In this document: positions 1 to 10,074 of the stretch, in pieces | How the letters are laid out: the number at the start of each line of letters is the position of its first letter | Position numbering within the stretch: position 1 is the stretch's first letter | DNA from: Candidatus Altiarchaeales archaeon | GTDB lineage: Archaea; Altiarchaeota; Altiarchaeia; IMC4; SCGC-AAA252-I15 | Assembly (NCBI GenBank): GCA_014727915.1 | Contig: WJMO01000009.1 | Coordinates: 1-64,000 of the forward strand | Reading direction: 5' to 3' | DNA length: 64,000 nt | Made by a program: the position numbers and the translations under genes | The notes under the pieces: model-generated | The model's input: the letters and a program-made list of their open reading frames with translations, nothing else | What the model was told of the DNA's origin: nothing | The model's database searches: none

Positions 1-40
1 CGCCTTCGGCATATCAATATTCTGTTCAATTCTTGGATGT

Positions 41-274
41 TTATATGAATTGTTTGAGTCGGGAATATTCTGTTTGGCCTTTGTTTGTTAGCGTCCACCC
101 TTTTTGTTTGTCGTATCTGAAATACTGTTTATCTTGAAGTTCCAAATCTAATTCCTTCTTGGTTTTAGCATTCCTGACTCTCACTGCTGCTTCAATTCTC
201 CCATGCGATGTCTTGGTTCTGGCTACAGAATCTGAGAGACTTTTATCACGAACATATTTTTCTTCCTTGCTCAT
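41..274 (-). CDS. Small basic hypothetical protein, third gene of the vapBC-like unit
   Basis: 77-aa ORF starting 6 nt after the PIN gene stop; C-terminal GWTLTNKG resembles a winged-helix wing. Confidence 0.5.
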   Translation of the reverse strand: MSKEEKYVRDKSLSDSVARTKTSHGRIEAAVRVRNAKTKKELDLELQDKQYFRYDKQKGWTLTNKGQTEYSRLKQFI

Positions 275-280
275 CTTGGT

Positions 281-730
281 TCAACCAACTTCTTTTAATC
301 TCTTGATTTCTATGTTGTGTTTTTGCAGTTCTTGTTTGACTTTTGTTTTGTGGTGGTGTTGGTCTTCGCTCCAGAATATGTTGGAGGTGGTGTGGATGGC
401 TGTTGCTATGTGGACTGCATCACTCGCATACAGGTCAAGGTCGACTTCTAACTTCTGAGATAAGTCTATGACTGAAGACACGGATAATATTTTTATTGCT
501 CCCAGTGTTCTCAGGTCTTTGAGTATCGAGTTGGCTTCTTCAATCTCCTCTTTCTTATATTTTGATTTACTCAATGCTCTTGTAACCTCCAGAAGCGTCC
601 ACTCATTTGTTATGAAATCTGCTTCGAAGTTTTCTATCCGCTGGTAGAGTATCTTGGATTTGTCCCTGTCTGGTTCGTCTTCCTTGAACCATTTTACGAT
701 CACTGATGCGTCCAGGCATTCAGTCATCAT
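281..730 (-). CDS. vapC: PIN-domain toxin (VapC family)
   Basis: CLDASVIVKWF, TLLEV and YASDAVHIATA acidic PIN motifs; start moved to the ATG overlapping the antitoxin stop. Confidence 0.9.
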   Translation of the reverse strand: MMTECLDASVIVKWFKEDEPDRDKSKILYQRIENFEADFITNEWTLLEVTRALSKSKYKKEEIEEANSILKDLRTLGAIKILSVSSVIDLSQKLEVDLDLYASDAVHIATAIHTTSNIFWSEDQHHHKTKVKQELQKHNIEIKRLKEVG

Positions 731-956
731 CTTCGCGTGCGGCAAACAATGACTCAGTCACACTAGCCTTACCCTTACCTGCTTCACCAACCTTGTCCAT
801 TCTCTGCCCAAGCTGCATCATATGGTATCTCCTCACAAGAAGCCGTAGTGCTTCGTTCACTGCCTCTGTCCTATTCCTGAAATAGCCCTCTTTGACAACC
901 TTATCCACTTCATCCACTAAAACCGGTGTAGTCCTGACATTCAACTGAACACTCAT
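720..956 (-). CDS. Ribbon-helix-helix antitoxin (CopG/VapB-like)
   Basis: VQLNVR..LVDEVDKVVKEGYFRNRTEAVNEALR RHH pattern; overlaps the PIN gene. Confidence 0.85.
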   Translation of the reverse strand: MSVQLNVRTTPVLVDEVDKVVKEGYFRNRTEAVNEALRLLVRRYHMMQLGQRMDKVGEAGKGKASVTESLFAAREDDD

Positions 957-1090
957 TTATATCACCATGTAATACATATGAGATACAAATATAAATAGTC
1001 TAAAAACCATGTATTTTATGGAAACGAGCCCTTTTATGGCTGGGATAGGAATTGAACCCCGATGCTACATTACCCGCCTTCGGCAAACCT

Positions 1091-1696
1091 TTATTTTCTT
1101 GCTACTATCTGTATTGAATGGTTGATATAGTTTTGGAAGCCTGCCATTTGAATTATTTCGCTAGATGATGTTGGTTTACTTTCCATCTTATCCCATATTT
1201 GGCTAAATGGGAAAACAGTTACTTTAAAGTCTTGGCGCTGCAATTCCCTTACTAAATCTGCTTCAACAGTTCTTGAGGTGTTGATGAATATTCTTCCATT
1301 CGCGGCAAGGGCACGTTTCATTGCATCACCCAAATCTCTATCAAGTTTCACATGAGTTTCTGCTGGGGGTGGACTATAAAGCATCCTATACTCTCCCTCA
1401 CTAGAAGCTTCACCCAAGGAGAGGTCAAAATTAATTACATTAACAGAACCAGGCTCCAAACCCCGTAAAAATTCAAGTGCGTCAGCTTGCACAACCTCAA
1501 GGTTAGGTGGTTTATCACTGATATGCTCCTTGGGGAGGATATCAACTTCAACTATCCTTCCCTCCTTTTCATTTTCATGGCGTCTCAAAGCAACAGAATA
1601 AGCCCTACCCCTCCTTGTACCAGCACCCAAGTCCAGAAGATGAATCTGATTCTCCAAAGGTTCCCCCTTTTTAACATCTATCTTTTGAGCCGTCAT
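1091..1696 (-). CDS. Class I SAM-dependent methyltransferase-like protein
   Basis: LLDLGAG motif I, VEVDI motif II, VQADALEFL. Confidence 0.6.
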   Translation of the reverse strand: MTAQKIDVKKGEPLENQIHLLDLGAGTRRGRAYSVALRRHENEKEGRIVEVDILPKEHISDKPPNLEVVQADALEFLRGLEPGSVNVINFDLSLGEASSEGEYRMLYSPPPAETHVKLDRDLGDAMKRALAANGRIFINTSRTVEADLVRELQRQDFKVTVFPFSQIWDKMESKPTSSSEIIQMAGFQNYINHSIQIVARK

Positions 1697-1959
1697 ATCA
1701 TAGAACCTCTTGATTACATATACCGATTTTCTGATAAAAGCATGCTTTCTGCGAACAAATTGTTCTGTTCCCGCCTTCTGGAAATGGCTTGGTTTTGGGA
1801 GGATAGGGGATCAATATATGTGCCATATCTAGGGTGCTGCTCTATGTCTCAGTATGCCTCTTTTAAACATGTTTTTTGGGTGTTCCCCTGTCCTTTACTA
1901 GCAAAACATTTTTTTTGGATTTATATATTTATTAGCCTATAGGTTGATGACTGGTTCAT

Positions 1960-2250
1960 ATGTTAACTCTTAAAATTGATGGTGTGGAGCTTGGGGTAGC
2001 GGTCGGATTACTGGCAGTATTATGGGTTTTTGTCAGCCTGTTCATCTACCTCCTATGGTTCAGGTTCCTGAAGGAGAAGATGGTGCGGATAACAGAACCG
2101 ATGTACAAGGCTGTGATGATAATAGCATTTTCCCTCCTAATCGCACTGATGTTATTCGCGTTATTCTTCAGTCAGACGCAGAGCAGCTTCGAAGTCAACT
2201 ACATCTTCCCCCTAGACCTAACCTACAAGTACTTGTCCAGTACAGTTTAG
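1960..2250 (+). CDS. Small two-TM membrane protein
   Basis: Two hydrophobic helices; AT-rich promoter-like region upstream. Confidence 0.6.
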   Translation: MLTLKIDGVELGVAVGLLAVLWVFVSLFIYLLWFRFLKEKMVRITEPMYKAVMIIAFSLLIALMLFALFFSQTQSSFEVNYIFPLDLTYKYLSSTV

Positions 2251-2504
2251 CCCCCCCCATTATCTCGGGCATCGAGGCGGATTATTGAATTACCCTGCAT
2301 ATTACCGCTTTTCACATCGATTCGGCGGACCTGATATTTCATAGATGAAATAATAGCGTTTTTTCTTATATAACCTCGGAGACTCGAACATCGGCGATTG
2401 TGATCTCGTTCCCCAAAACAAAATATGTTTTCCCTTTTTTTTGTTTCGGTTTTTGCCTAAAGAAAGGGTGGACGTTTTAAAATGAGCAGATGCAATGATG
2501 TCAT

Positions 2505-3089
2505 ATGAGGAAAAAAATAATTATCGGCGTTCTAGGCTGCTCCCTCATTGTGCTGCTCTGTTTGGGCATGTTGAGGCTGAAAAGTTGCGAGTCTTCAGTA
2601 TTTGACTGCGTTCTAAACGGACATAATGGGCCAAACCGTGTTTCCGGATCACAGGGTGGATACCGTAGCCTTCCAGAAGGTTATTCTCTGGACTCGTATA
2701 CCATCGAAGAAGTGACGGAAGTGTCGTGTAATATAAATTCAGATTGTGAGACCCCCATGGATTATCTTGTACAATCCAGATGCCCCTTCACCTCCATCTG
2801 CTTGGAGAGCAAATGCACGGTCGTCTGCCCAGGCCAAGAGACCATCGACTTCCACGGGGAAGTCATCGGCATAAAACCGGAGATGGATGGTTCAATCCTA
2901 ACAGTCAAAGAGGGTGAGAACACCTATGAGGTCTTGGCTAGCATACCCAACCTCGGGCGAAAGTATGCTCCAGCAGTGAAAAACATCGAAATAGGGAGTA
3001 ATATCCGGGTCATAGGGACAAAAATAAGATTCAAAGACAATGAGCGGATAATAGCATCCCAGATATACGTTGACGAAAAGCTACAATGA
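2505..3089 (+). CDS. Exported protein with Cys-rich module and C-terminal OB-fold-like domain
   Basis: Basic + hydrophobic N-terminus; Cys cluster (CNINSDC...CPFTSICLESKCTVVC); IEIGSNIRVIG OB-like strand pattern. Confidence 0.6.
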   Translation: MRKKIIIGVLGCSLIVLLCLGMLRLKSCESSVFDCVLNGHNGPNRVSGSQGGYRSLPEGYSLDSYTIEEVTEVSCNINSDCETPMDYLVQSRCPFTSICLESKCTVVCPGQETIDFHGEVIGIKPEMDGSILTVKEGENTYEVLASIPNLGRKYAPAVKNIEIGSNIRVIGTKIRFKDNERIIASQIYVDEKLQ

Positions 3090-3133
3090 GAAAAAATAAA
3101 GAGTCAACCCCCCATGTTAAACCACGATTTTTT

Positions 3134-4486
3134 TCAGAGGATGTTGCTTCTTATCTTGGAGAGCACTGACCTTATGGCCCCTGTTATCCTCGCCACGATA
3201 CCCTTCGGGCTTTTATCTTCTCTGCTACCGGTTGTTATCTCCTCCTGCCAGCTGAAGTCGTCTTGGAGGTCCTGTCTGTCAGCCTCTGCAGGCTCTATCT
3301 CGGGTATGACGTCGGCAGCCCTCCGGTACACCCACTGGACGTTGCATGCCCCGCAGTTCCACAGCAACGCGGTTACTGTTATCTCCCCGTTTCGAAGCGG
3401 GGGTACGGTGAAGTGGGATTCTAGGTCTTGTTCCTTGAAGTCCATGCATATGGTGCCCCTGGTATCACCCTCCAATCCCACCCCGTCGGCCCTGTACTCG
3501 AAGCGAAGTGCTGAACTGCAGCTTCCAGCCCACTGAGGTGTCGCAGACCCGGAGCCAGTTAACCTCGCCGAGATTGTTATGTTCTCTCCGGGCCTCATCT
3601 CCGCGGGCGGGCCTGTTAGCTCCGCCTTGAAGTTCGCGTCATAGTTCTCCACACCCCTGTCCACGTCCCTGTCATGCACAGTGATTGCGGATTCTGAAAC
3701 GCCGAATTCAAGCACCTTACCCATGTAACGGTCGGAATAGAATCCGGGGGTAACCCCGGCCACAAATTTTGTCGGCTCATTACCCTGGTTTATCCGAGTG
3801 TCCACTAGTATCCACCTGTCATCGAATAATTCCTCGTATTTTTTATTCACATACTTTGTGAGATTCATACAGTCTGCTACAGCCATTGACTTTTCATGAC
3901 CATAAAGCGGCCTTATCCTGGACGTCCATCCTCCATGGCATTCGTTCCCGCCGTCGCGGAGCTGCCGCAGGGCCGCCCCGTATGCAAGGCAGCTGTTGTA
4001 ATTGTGGGTCTCCTCCTCCTGGACCGTCTGACCGTATCGGCCGTCGTATTCATACCCTCCTTTGAGCTCCTCACAGTACCTCTCGGTCGGGACCAGCCCC
4101 GTAGAGGAGAATATGATCGGCATGGAGAGTATCAGCGTCTCATCGTGTATCCTGTTGTCCCCTATCAGGGCGAGGGAGTCCAAGTCCATCGACAATGTTA
4201 CATACTGTTGCAGGAGCCGGTCCCTCTCATCATGGCCTATGACCGACGGGCCCTCTCCCTCTGTCACAGCGAGTATGGGTGCCGGGTCCTCCTTCTCGAC
4301 GGCAAGGTTGACGATGCAGTTCCTTACTATGGGGGCTGAAAAGCAGTCCCGGTGGTCGCCAGAATCCTCGGCCATCCTATTATAGCAGGCCTGCCTGTCA
4401 AGCACTGACGTCTCGACCTTGGAGCAGTCGGAAGCCGCAGACACTGCTGCAGAGGCCATCAACAACACCATAAGCGCGGCTTTCAT
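3134..4486 (-). CDS. Secreted hypothetical protein (Cys-containing helical N-terminus, beta-rich C-terminus)
   Basis: GGAGGTG SD before MKAALMVLLMASAAVSA signal peptide. Confidence 0.7.
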   Translation of the reverse strand: MKAALMVLLMASAAVSAASDCSKVETSVLDRQACYNRMAEDSGDHRDCFSAPIVRNCIVNLAVEKEDPAPILAVTEGEGPSVIGHDERDRLLQQYVTLSMDLDSLALIGDNRIHDETLILSMPIIFSSTGLVPTERYCEELKGGYEYDGRYGQTVQEEETHNYNSCLAYGAALRQLRDGGNECHGGWTSRIRPLYGHEKSMAVADCMNLTKYVNKKYEELFDDRWILVDTRINQGNEPTKFVAGVTPGFYSDRYMGKVLEFGVSESAITVHDRDVDRGVENYDANFKAELTGPPAEMRPGENITISARLTGSGSATPQWAGSCSSALRFEYRADGVGLEGDTRGTICMDFKEQDLESHFTVPPLRNGEITVTALLWNCGACNVQWVYRRAADVIPEIEPAEADRQDLQDDFSWQEEITTGSREDKSPKGIVARITGAIRSVLSKIRSNIL

Positions 4487-4539
4487 GGATTGATATTCAC
4501 CTCCAACATAAAAAAGCGCATAAAAGACATTTGGCCTTT

Positions 4540-5223
4540 TCACTGTTTCAGGCTTGTCCTCCTCTTTGGCCTCTCTGCTTTTCCCGCTAGCCTGTCGAAG
4601 TCTGTTGGCTTCTCGCAGCCTTCCCCTATCATCCGGTCTATGTGCCTTGCTATGGTCTTTCCCAGGTTTTCAGGTTCTATGCCCTCCTCCATTGTCCGGC
4701 TTTGGCTTGTGGTCCTTGAGAAGTAGGATGATGTCCTATAGACATCTCTCGTCTTCGGCTCCAGTTTCAAACCTTCCGAATATAGTTCGGGTAACGGTTT
4801 GTAGACTGCCTTCACCTCTATCGTCCGGTGGAGGGCGTCGTCAAGGCAGAATGCCGGATGGTAGTCCTGTTCCATTGGGAACCCATCGGCTGGGTCGGGA
4901 GTCCCCCATCGTTTCTTGGATCTTTCATCCTGGCCCGTTGGGTCATAGGGTGTTGTGTGCATGTCGAAGGCGTAGTCCGGTTGCACCTCGCCTATGATCC
5001 TATCCAACAGCCGCCTCTGCTCCTTGTCGTATTCCACGAGACCGTGCGAGTTCACAGGCTCCTTCGAATCCCTGACCTTCCCCAGGCTTGTTTCATCGAA
5101 CCTGAACTTCCTCTCCACCACATCATAGCCGAGTTCCCTCAGTTCCTTGGATAACTCCCTGGCCACGGTAACTGCGAAACCTTCGTTGGGGTGGAAGTTA
5201 GAAGTAATGAGGATTTTGGTCAT
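4540..5223 (-). CDS. M14/succinylglutamate desuccinylase-aspartoacylase-like Zn hydrolase
   Basis: NFHPNE (HxxE), AFDMH third ligand, TIEV putative catalytic Glu. Confidence 0.55.
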   Translation of the reverse strand: MTKILITSNFHPNEGFAVTVARELSKELRELGYDVVERKFRFDETSLGKVRDSKEPVNSHGLVEYDKEQRRLLDRIIGEVQPDYAFDMHTTPYDPTGQDERSKKRWGTPDPADGFPMEQDYHPAFCLDDALHRTIEVKAVYKPLPELYSEGLKLEPKTRDVYRTSSYFSRTTSQSRTMEEGIEPENLGKTIARHIDRMIGEGCEKPTDFDRLAGKAERPKRRTSLKQ

Positions 5224-5344
5224 CGATTATACCCTTACGAACTACTGGGAAAAAAGTGCTTCCTGGGAGAAGAAACATATTAGCCGCCCTATTAAAGCAC
5301 GCTTTATTCCGGGGAGAGACTGCCCGGAGGCCGGGCGAATAACC

Positions 5345-6565
5345 TCATTTACCGGCTTTCCTCTTCTTTATCACGATCAAGACCATCACCGCCAAAATTG
5401 AAAGGGCGATAACCGCTGTTGGCACTAATACGGCCACCCCCATGATGGAGAGTATACCAACCGTCCAGATGACCGCTTTGTTGCCGAATCCACCTGTGGA
5501 CCTTGTGTTTTCCGGTTCAACCCCGAAAGATGCCTTGTAACTGTCCAGGTCGTCTGGCACCCGGGTGACGAGGGTGCCCGCTGGATAGCTGTTCTTCAGC
5601 GGTTCTTCGAGTATCAAAGAGCCCTTGCCCGCCACCGTCCCCGATTCCATAAGATCCGGGTCGCTGCCTATGACGACTCTGTCACCGACTTCAAAAACCC
5701 CCGACTCGACTTCCAACACCTCACTCCCCTTTTCCGCCGGCTCATCCAGGGATCGAACAGGTTTTTCCGGGTCATCTCCAATGTGCTGGACAATCTTCCT
5801 CGAACGCTCTTCCGGGGTGTCATCGGAGCCGGCGTCGGAGTTGAACAGGATTGGTCCGCCCACGAAAGGTATGGGGCCCGGCCCAACCATAGGATCCACT
5901 GCGAACCCCCCTACGAATGCGGCTGGCACCCCGTTTATGAAGACCTTGTCGGAGCCCTGAACGATTTTCCCGCCGTGGGCTGTTCCGTCGCCAGCTCTAG
6001 CCACAGGCCTACCATTGAGCAGCACGCTCTCATCCCCCTCTATGACCATATCCGGGGGGCCGACAACCGCTATGGTAGCCCCCACGGTCACCATCTGAGC
6101 CTGAGCCCACAATGGAAGGTCAGACAAGGAGATCCTGAGCGTCTCGCCGGGAGGCGCGTTGATGTAGAGGATGCCGTCCCATTCGACCACGCCATACTCC
6201 TCGCCTGGATCTGCCGCCTCCACTGTTGTGCTTGTCGTCTCAACCTCTTCCCCGGGGCATGGCTCGTCCAGGTGGACGCAGGCGTATACGCACCAGGGAC
6301 ATCCGGCGTAGTCGCCCGCCCGGCTGCACTCCTTGTTGGGGTCTTCAGGGTTCTCGTTTATGCTACCTGATGAACCGCAGACACAATCCCCCACATAGCT
6401 CAGATGGGCGCCTGGTATTGATCCGCCGTTGCAGTCGGATTGTATGCACTTTATGAACCTCCGGCTGTACTCGTATCCTGGATCGCAGTCAGTAACGGCA
6501 GCGGAGACTACAATGGAAGAAAGAAAAATAAAAAAAGTCAAAAAACCATATGCCCTCAATCTCAT
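5345..6565 (-). CDS. PAAR-domain surface protein with signal peptide and C-terminal TM anchor
   Basis: SVLLNGRPVARAGDGTAHGGKIVQGSDKVFINGVPAA PAAR repeats; N-terminal signal; C-terminal hydrophobic stretch + KKRKAGK. Confidence 0.8.
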   Translation of the reverse strand: MRLRAYGFLTFFIFLSSIVVSAAVTDCDPGYEYSRRFIKCIQSDCNGGSIPGAHLSYVGDCVCGSSGSINENPEDPNKECSRAGDYAGCPWCVYACVHLDEPCPGEEVETTSTTVEAADPGEEYGVVEWDGILYINAPPGETLRISLSDLPLWAQAQMVTVGATIAVVGPPDMVIEGDESVLLNGRPVARAGDGTAHGGKIVQGSDKVFINGVPAAFVGGFAVDPMVGPGPIPFVGGPILFNSDAGSDDTPEERSRKIVQHIGDDPEKPVRSLDEPAEKGSEVLEVESGVFEVGDRVVIGSDPDLMESGTVAGKGSLILEEPLKNSYPAGTLVTRVPDDLDSYKASFGVEPENTRSTGGFGNKAVIWTVGILSIMGVAVLVPTAVIALSILAVMVLIVIKKRKAGK

Positions 6566-6685
6566 ATGTGAAAGAATACCTGCCAGTGCATATAAGCTAA
6601 AGAAGATCGCCTAACACGTGGGCGTGCCAGAATCCACCATCACTGCCTTTTAACTGCCTGCGTTTAATAAACCTCCTGATGCAAG

Positions 6686-7069
6686 ATGACCGGGCAATTG
6701 GACAAGGAAGTATGGGAGGCTATGCTTGACTCACTGCCTGTTGAGATATCTTTTGTTGACGCTGAAGACACCGTACGCTACTTCAATAAGAACGGCGGCA
6801 GGATATTCCCCCGAACCAGGGATGTGATCGGGAAAAAAGTGCAGCACTGCCATCCTCCCAAAAGCCTTGATAAGGTGGAAGCCATACTAGAGGGTTTCAA
6901 GGAAGGCACATTGGATAAGGCGGAGTTCTGGATAGAACTTAAGGGCAGGAAAGTCTACATACGATATTTCCCTGTAAGGGATGGTGAGGGCAACTATCTG
7001 GGATGTCTTGAGGCTTCAGAGGACATAACCGAGATGCAAGAACTTGAAGGGGAGAAGAGGCTTTTATAG
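6686..7069 (+). CDS. Stand-alone PAS-domain protein (DUF438/PAS_10-like)
   Basis: LPVEISFVD, RIFPRT..VIGKKVQHCHPPKS, YLGCLE signature. Confidence 0.85.
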   Translation: MTGQLDKEVWEAMLDSLPVEISFVDAEDTVRYFNKNGGRIFPRTRDVIGKKVQHCHPPKSLDKVEAILEGFKEGTLDKAEFWIELKGRKVYIRYFPVRDGEGNYLGCLEASEDITEMQELEGEKRLL

Positions 7070-7124
7070 CGGCCTTGCCAAGCTCCTCTCTTTTTATCCT
7101 CCTAATTATAATTAGTTGGTTGCA

Positions 7125-7814
7125 ATGGCTAGCTTTCAGAAGAACCAGAGGGTGGGCGTGTTCCTGGACGTTCAGAACATGTACTACAGTGCCCTGCAGT
7201 TGTATGACAGCAAGGTCGACTTCCGGAGGATGCTGACAGAATGTGTGGGAGACCGCAGGCTGGTTCGCGCGTTCGCCTACGTCATCAAAGCGGACTTAGC
7301 CGAGGAAAAGGGATTTTTCGAGGCTCTGGAGGACATAGGGTTCGAGGTGAGGATCAAAGACCTCCAGGTTTTCATAGACGGCAGCAAGAAGGGCGACTGG
7401 GACGTGGGCATGGCCATGGATGCCGTCAGGATGGCCCAGAAGCTGGACGCGGTCGTCATCATCTCCGGCGACGGCGACTTCATAGACCTGCTCCAGTACC
7501 TGAGGAGCCAGGGCTGCAGGGTCGAGGTCATGTCCTTCAAGAAGACCGCTTCAGCGAAGCTGATCGAGACAGCCGACCACTTCCACGACCTCGACGGCAA
7601 TAAGAAATACCTGAGAGCCAAGAAGAAACCCCAGAGTAAACCATCCTCGAAGGGCGCGCAAAAGCCCGCAGCAGCAAGGAGGCCGCAGACCCGGAAGCCG
7701 GGGAGCAGACCCGCTCAAAAGACCGGAAGAAAGAAGAAGGCCAAACGGAGAGCCCGGAATCCAAGAAGGCCGCAGAGAACCGGGAAAAAGACATTATCGA
7801 ATACCCGCTCATAG
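7125..7814 (+). CDS. NYN-domain (LabA/DUF88) protein with basic low-complexity tail
   Basis: FLDVQN, KGDWDVGMAMD, SGDGDF motifs. Confidence 0.9.
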   Translation: MASFQKNQRVGVFLDVQNMYYSALQLYDSKVDFRRMLTECVGDRRLVRAFAYVIKADLAEEKGFFEALEDIGFEVRIKDLQVFIDGSKKGDWDVGMAMDAVRMAQKLDAVVIISGDGDFIDLLQYLRSQGCRVEVMSFKKTASAKLIETADHFHDLDGNKKYLRAKKKPQSKPSSKGAQKPAAARRPQTRKPGSRPAQKTGRKKKAKRRARNPRRPQRTGKKTLSNTRS

Positions 7815-7875
7815 GTTCCTCATGGGCAAACCAGAATCCTGGCATTAAAAAGCATGTGCCTACTTATATACTTGT

Positions 7876-8094
7876 ATGGGACTGGTGCATCTCCTGACCA
7901 ATGAGAATGTGGGCGGCGTCGACTTGGCTTTGAGGGCTGCCGGGGGAGCCATCGCGGTAATAGCCCTGGCAATGGACATTGTGGACGGTCCGTTGGAATG
8001 GTTTGTGGCCTTCATAGCCTTTGTGGGATTGTGGAGTTCCATAACAAGGCACTGCACGCCATACGAGCTCATCGGATTCTCAACTAAGAGATGA
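7876..8094 (+). CDS. DUF2892/YgaP-like small membrane protein
   Basis: NVGGVD..LR...two TMs...CTPYELIGFST pattern. Confidence 0.75.
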   Translation: MGLVHLLTNENVGGVDLALRAAGGAIAVIALAMDIVDGPLEWFVAFIAFVGLWSSITRHCTPYELIGFSTKR

Positions 8095-8111
8095 CGGTGG
8101 AGGTTGCCCAG

Positions 8112-9254
8112 CTATTTGCGTGCGCATTTCCGGGTGTACCTCCTTATGAGGAATGTGCTCAGCACCATAAGGGCTAGCACGTATATCGCGACTATCTCGT
8201 TTAGGTTGTGTCTTCCATGGCTTTCAACCACGAATATGGAGGCGATTATTATGGAGAACTCCCCCCTTGGGAACAGCGTCCAACCCACGTGCATTGCCTC
8301 CTCACGATTCAAACCCTTGAAGGCCCTGGCTGAATATCCTGTCATCATCTTGCCTGCCATGGATGCGAGGATCATCACACCCACTATCAGGATTGTCTGG
8401 GAGCCTACCTCCAAGATGTCCACTCGAAGGCCGAAGGACAGGAAGAATATGGCCGACGCGAAATAACCCACTGGCTTCAGCAGAGCCTTGATCCTCCTCT
8501 GGTGTTTTGTGTCGGCCATGGCCGAACCTATGAAGAAGGCCCCTATTGCCTCCGACAAGTCCATCGCCTGGGCAGCGAACGAAACAAGGAAAACAACGCC
8601 CATCACCGACAGCAGGAATATCTCGTCCGACTCCACCAGGAACATCCAGTCAAACAGGTCCCTTATCCTATTGTAGAACAGGATGAAGAAACCGCAGAAC
8701 ACGGCCGCTTTCCCGAATGCTGGCGTCAACCTCGCCAGGTCGAATACCGGGTTAGCGGAGAAGGAGGTGAAGAAAGCCAGCAACACGACCATCACAAGAT
8801 CCTCGAATATGAGCACTCCCAGGATGGTCTTCGTCTCCTTCCGGTCCATGCAATCCGACTCTAGGAGTATCTTGGATATGACTGCCGAGCTGCTTATGTA
8901 CACTATGCCCCCCAATAGCAGGGTCTCGTAGGCGTTGAAGTCGAACAACCAGCCCAAAACAAGCCCCAAAGAGAAATTCACGAGGAAGTCAGCAACACCC
9001 ACGTAAAAAACCCCCCGGCCCAATCCTTTTATCCTGCCAAGTGAAAACTCAAGCCCCACGAAAAACAGCAGGAGCACAACCCCCAGGTAGGACAGGAAAT
9101 CGAACGCCTCGCTGGGCGTGACAAAAGAATGGAAGACAACGCCCCCTATAAGGTATCCTGCTATCGTCGAGTGGCCCATCCTCCTGAACAACAATGCCAG
9201 GCCCGACGATACCACGAGCAGCACGCCCAGATAGAGGAACTCCCCCAAAGCCAT
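8112..9254 (-). CDS. Cation:proton antiporter, CPA2 family
   Basis: LLFFVGLEFS, SSSAVISK, LIFED, PRGEFSIIIA motifs; multiple TMs. Confidence 0.9.
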   Translation of the reverse strand: MALGEFLYLGVLLVVSSGLALLFRRMGHSTIAGYLIGGVVFHSFVTPSEAFDFLSYLGVVLLLFFVGLEFSLGRIKGLGRGVFYVGVADFLVNFSLGLVLGWLFDFNAYETLLLGGIVYISSSAVISKILLESDCMDRKETKTILGVLIFEDLVMVVLLAFFTSFSANPVFDLARLTPAFGKAAVFCGFFILFYNRIRDLFDWMFLVESDEIFLLSVMGVVFLVSFAAQAMDLSEAIGAFFIGSAMADTKHQRRIKALLKPVGYFASAIFFLSFGLRVDILEVGSQTILIVGVMILASMAGKMMTGYSARAFKGLNREEAMHVGWTLFPRGEFSIIIASIFVVESHGRHNLNEIVAIYVLALMVLSTFLIRRYTRKCARK

Positions 9255-9429
9255 AGGATAATAATCGCCTTAAGCCTTTAATTATGCGCTTGCCTTGAGC
9301 ACATAGGTTCTATCCCATGCCAAGACCATATATTTTATGTGATGGCCAATAGAGTATCATGCTCCCTCAACCGGGAAATACGATGGCATGCTGGATACTT
9401 GCGCATGCCCTAACTCATGCCTAAAGGAA

Positions 9430-10074
9430 ATGGACTGGAAGAAATACTTCGATGATCTTGCGTTAACGGAGGAACTGGACCATAGGAGGGTCGGATGGGC
9501 GTCCTCTGAAAGCCAGTGCTCAAAGTTCGCCACCGCCTCAGAAACCATAAACTTCGACGAAGTGGATTTTCTCTTGGATATAGGGTGTGCGGGCGGCCAT
9601 TTCATAAAGATGCTCGGGGAGAAGAACCCCGGCAGATTCTATTCCGGCATCGACATATCCCTCGAACAGATCAGAAGCGGGGATAACGCCTGCTTGAGGC
9701 CGAATCTTATCCTGGCCTCAATGCTCGAAACACCCTTCAAGAGCTCTTGCTTCGACTGCGTCACCTGCATCGGCGTGCTGCAGAACTTCACCGGCAGCAT
9801 CGAGGACGCCCTCAGGGAAATCCATAGGATATTGAAACCTGGAGGCCAGACCGTGCTGATAGCGATGGACGGATTATACGAAGGCCTGGAAGACAAAGAG
9901 AAGGGCCCGGACGCATTCCACAGGTACTATGCGCCGGAGGAGCTGTCTGAGAGCCTGGAACACCAGGGGTTCAAAGTCCTGGAATCTAAGTCCATCATAT
10001 ACGACAGGGAGGAGGTCACGAGGGGCGAGTTGCACGAATCCCTCACATTCTACATATACTGCAGGAAAAAATGA
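9430..10074 (+). CDS. Class I SAM-dependent methyltransferase
   Basis: LLDIGCAGG, GIDIS, FDCV, LREIHRILKPGG. Confidence 0.85.
   Translation: MDWKKYFDDLALTEELDHRRVGWASSESQCSKFATASETINFDEVDFLLDIGCAGGHFIKMLGEKNPGRFYSGIDISLEQIRSGDNACLRPNLILASMLETPFKSSCFDCVTCIGVLQNFTGSIEDALREIHRILKPGGQTVLIAMDGLYEGLEDKEKGPDAFHRYYAPEELSESLEHQGFKVLESKSIIYDREEVTRGELHESLTFYIYCRKK

Noticed and set aside
1037-1090. Intact tRNA gene
   Set aside because: Only a T-loop/CCA-like fragment is visible; no cloverleaf can be folded.
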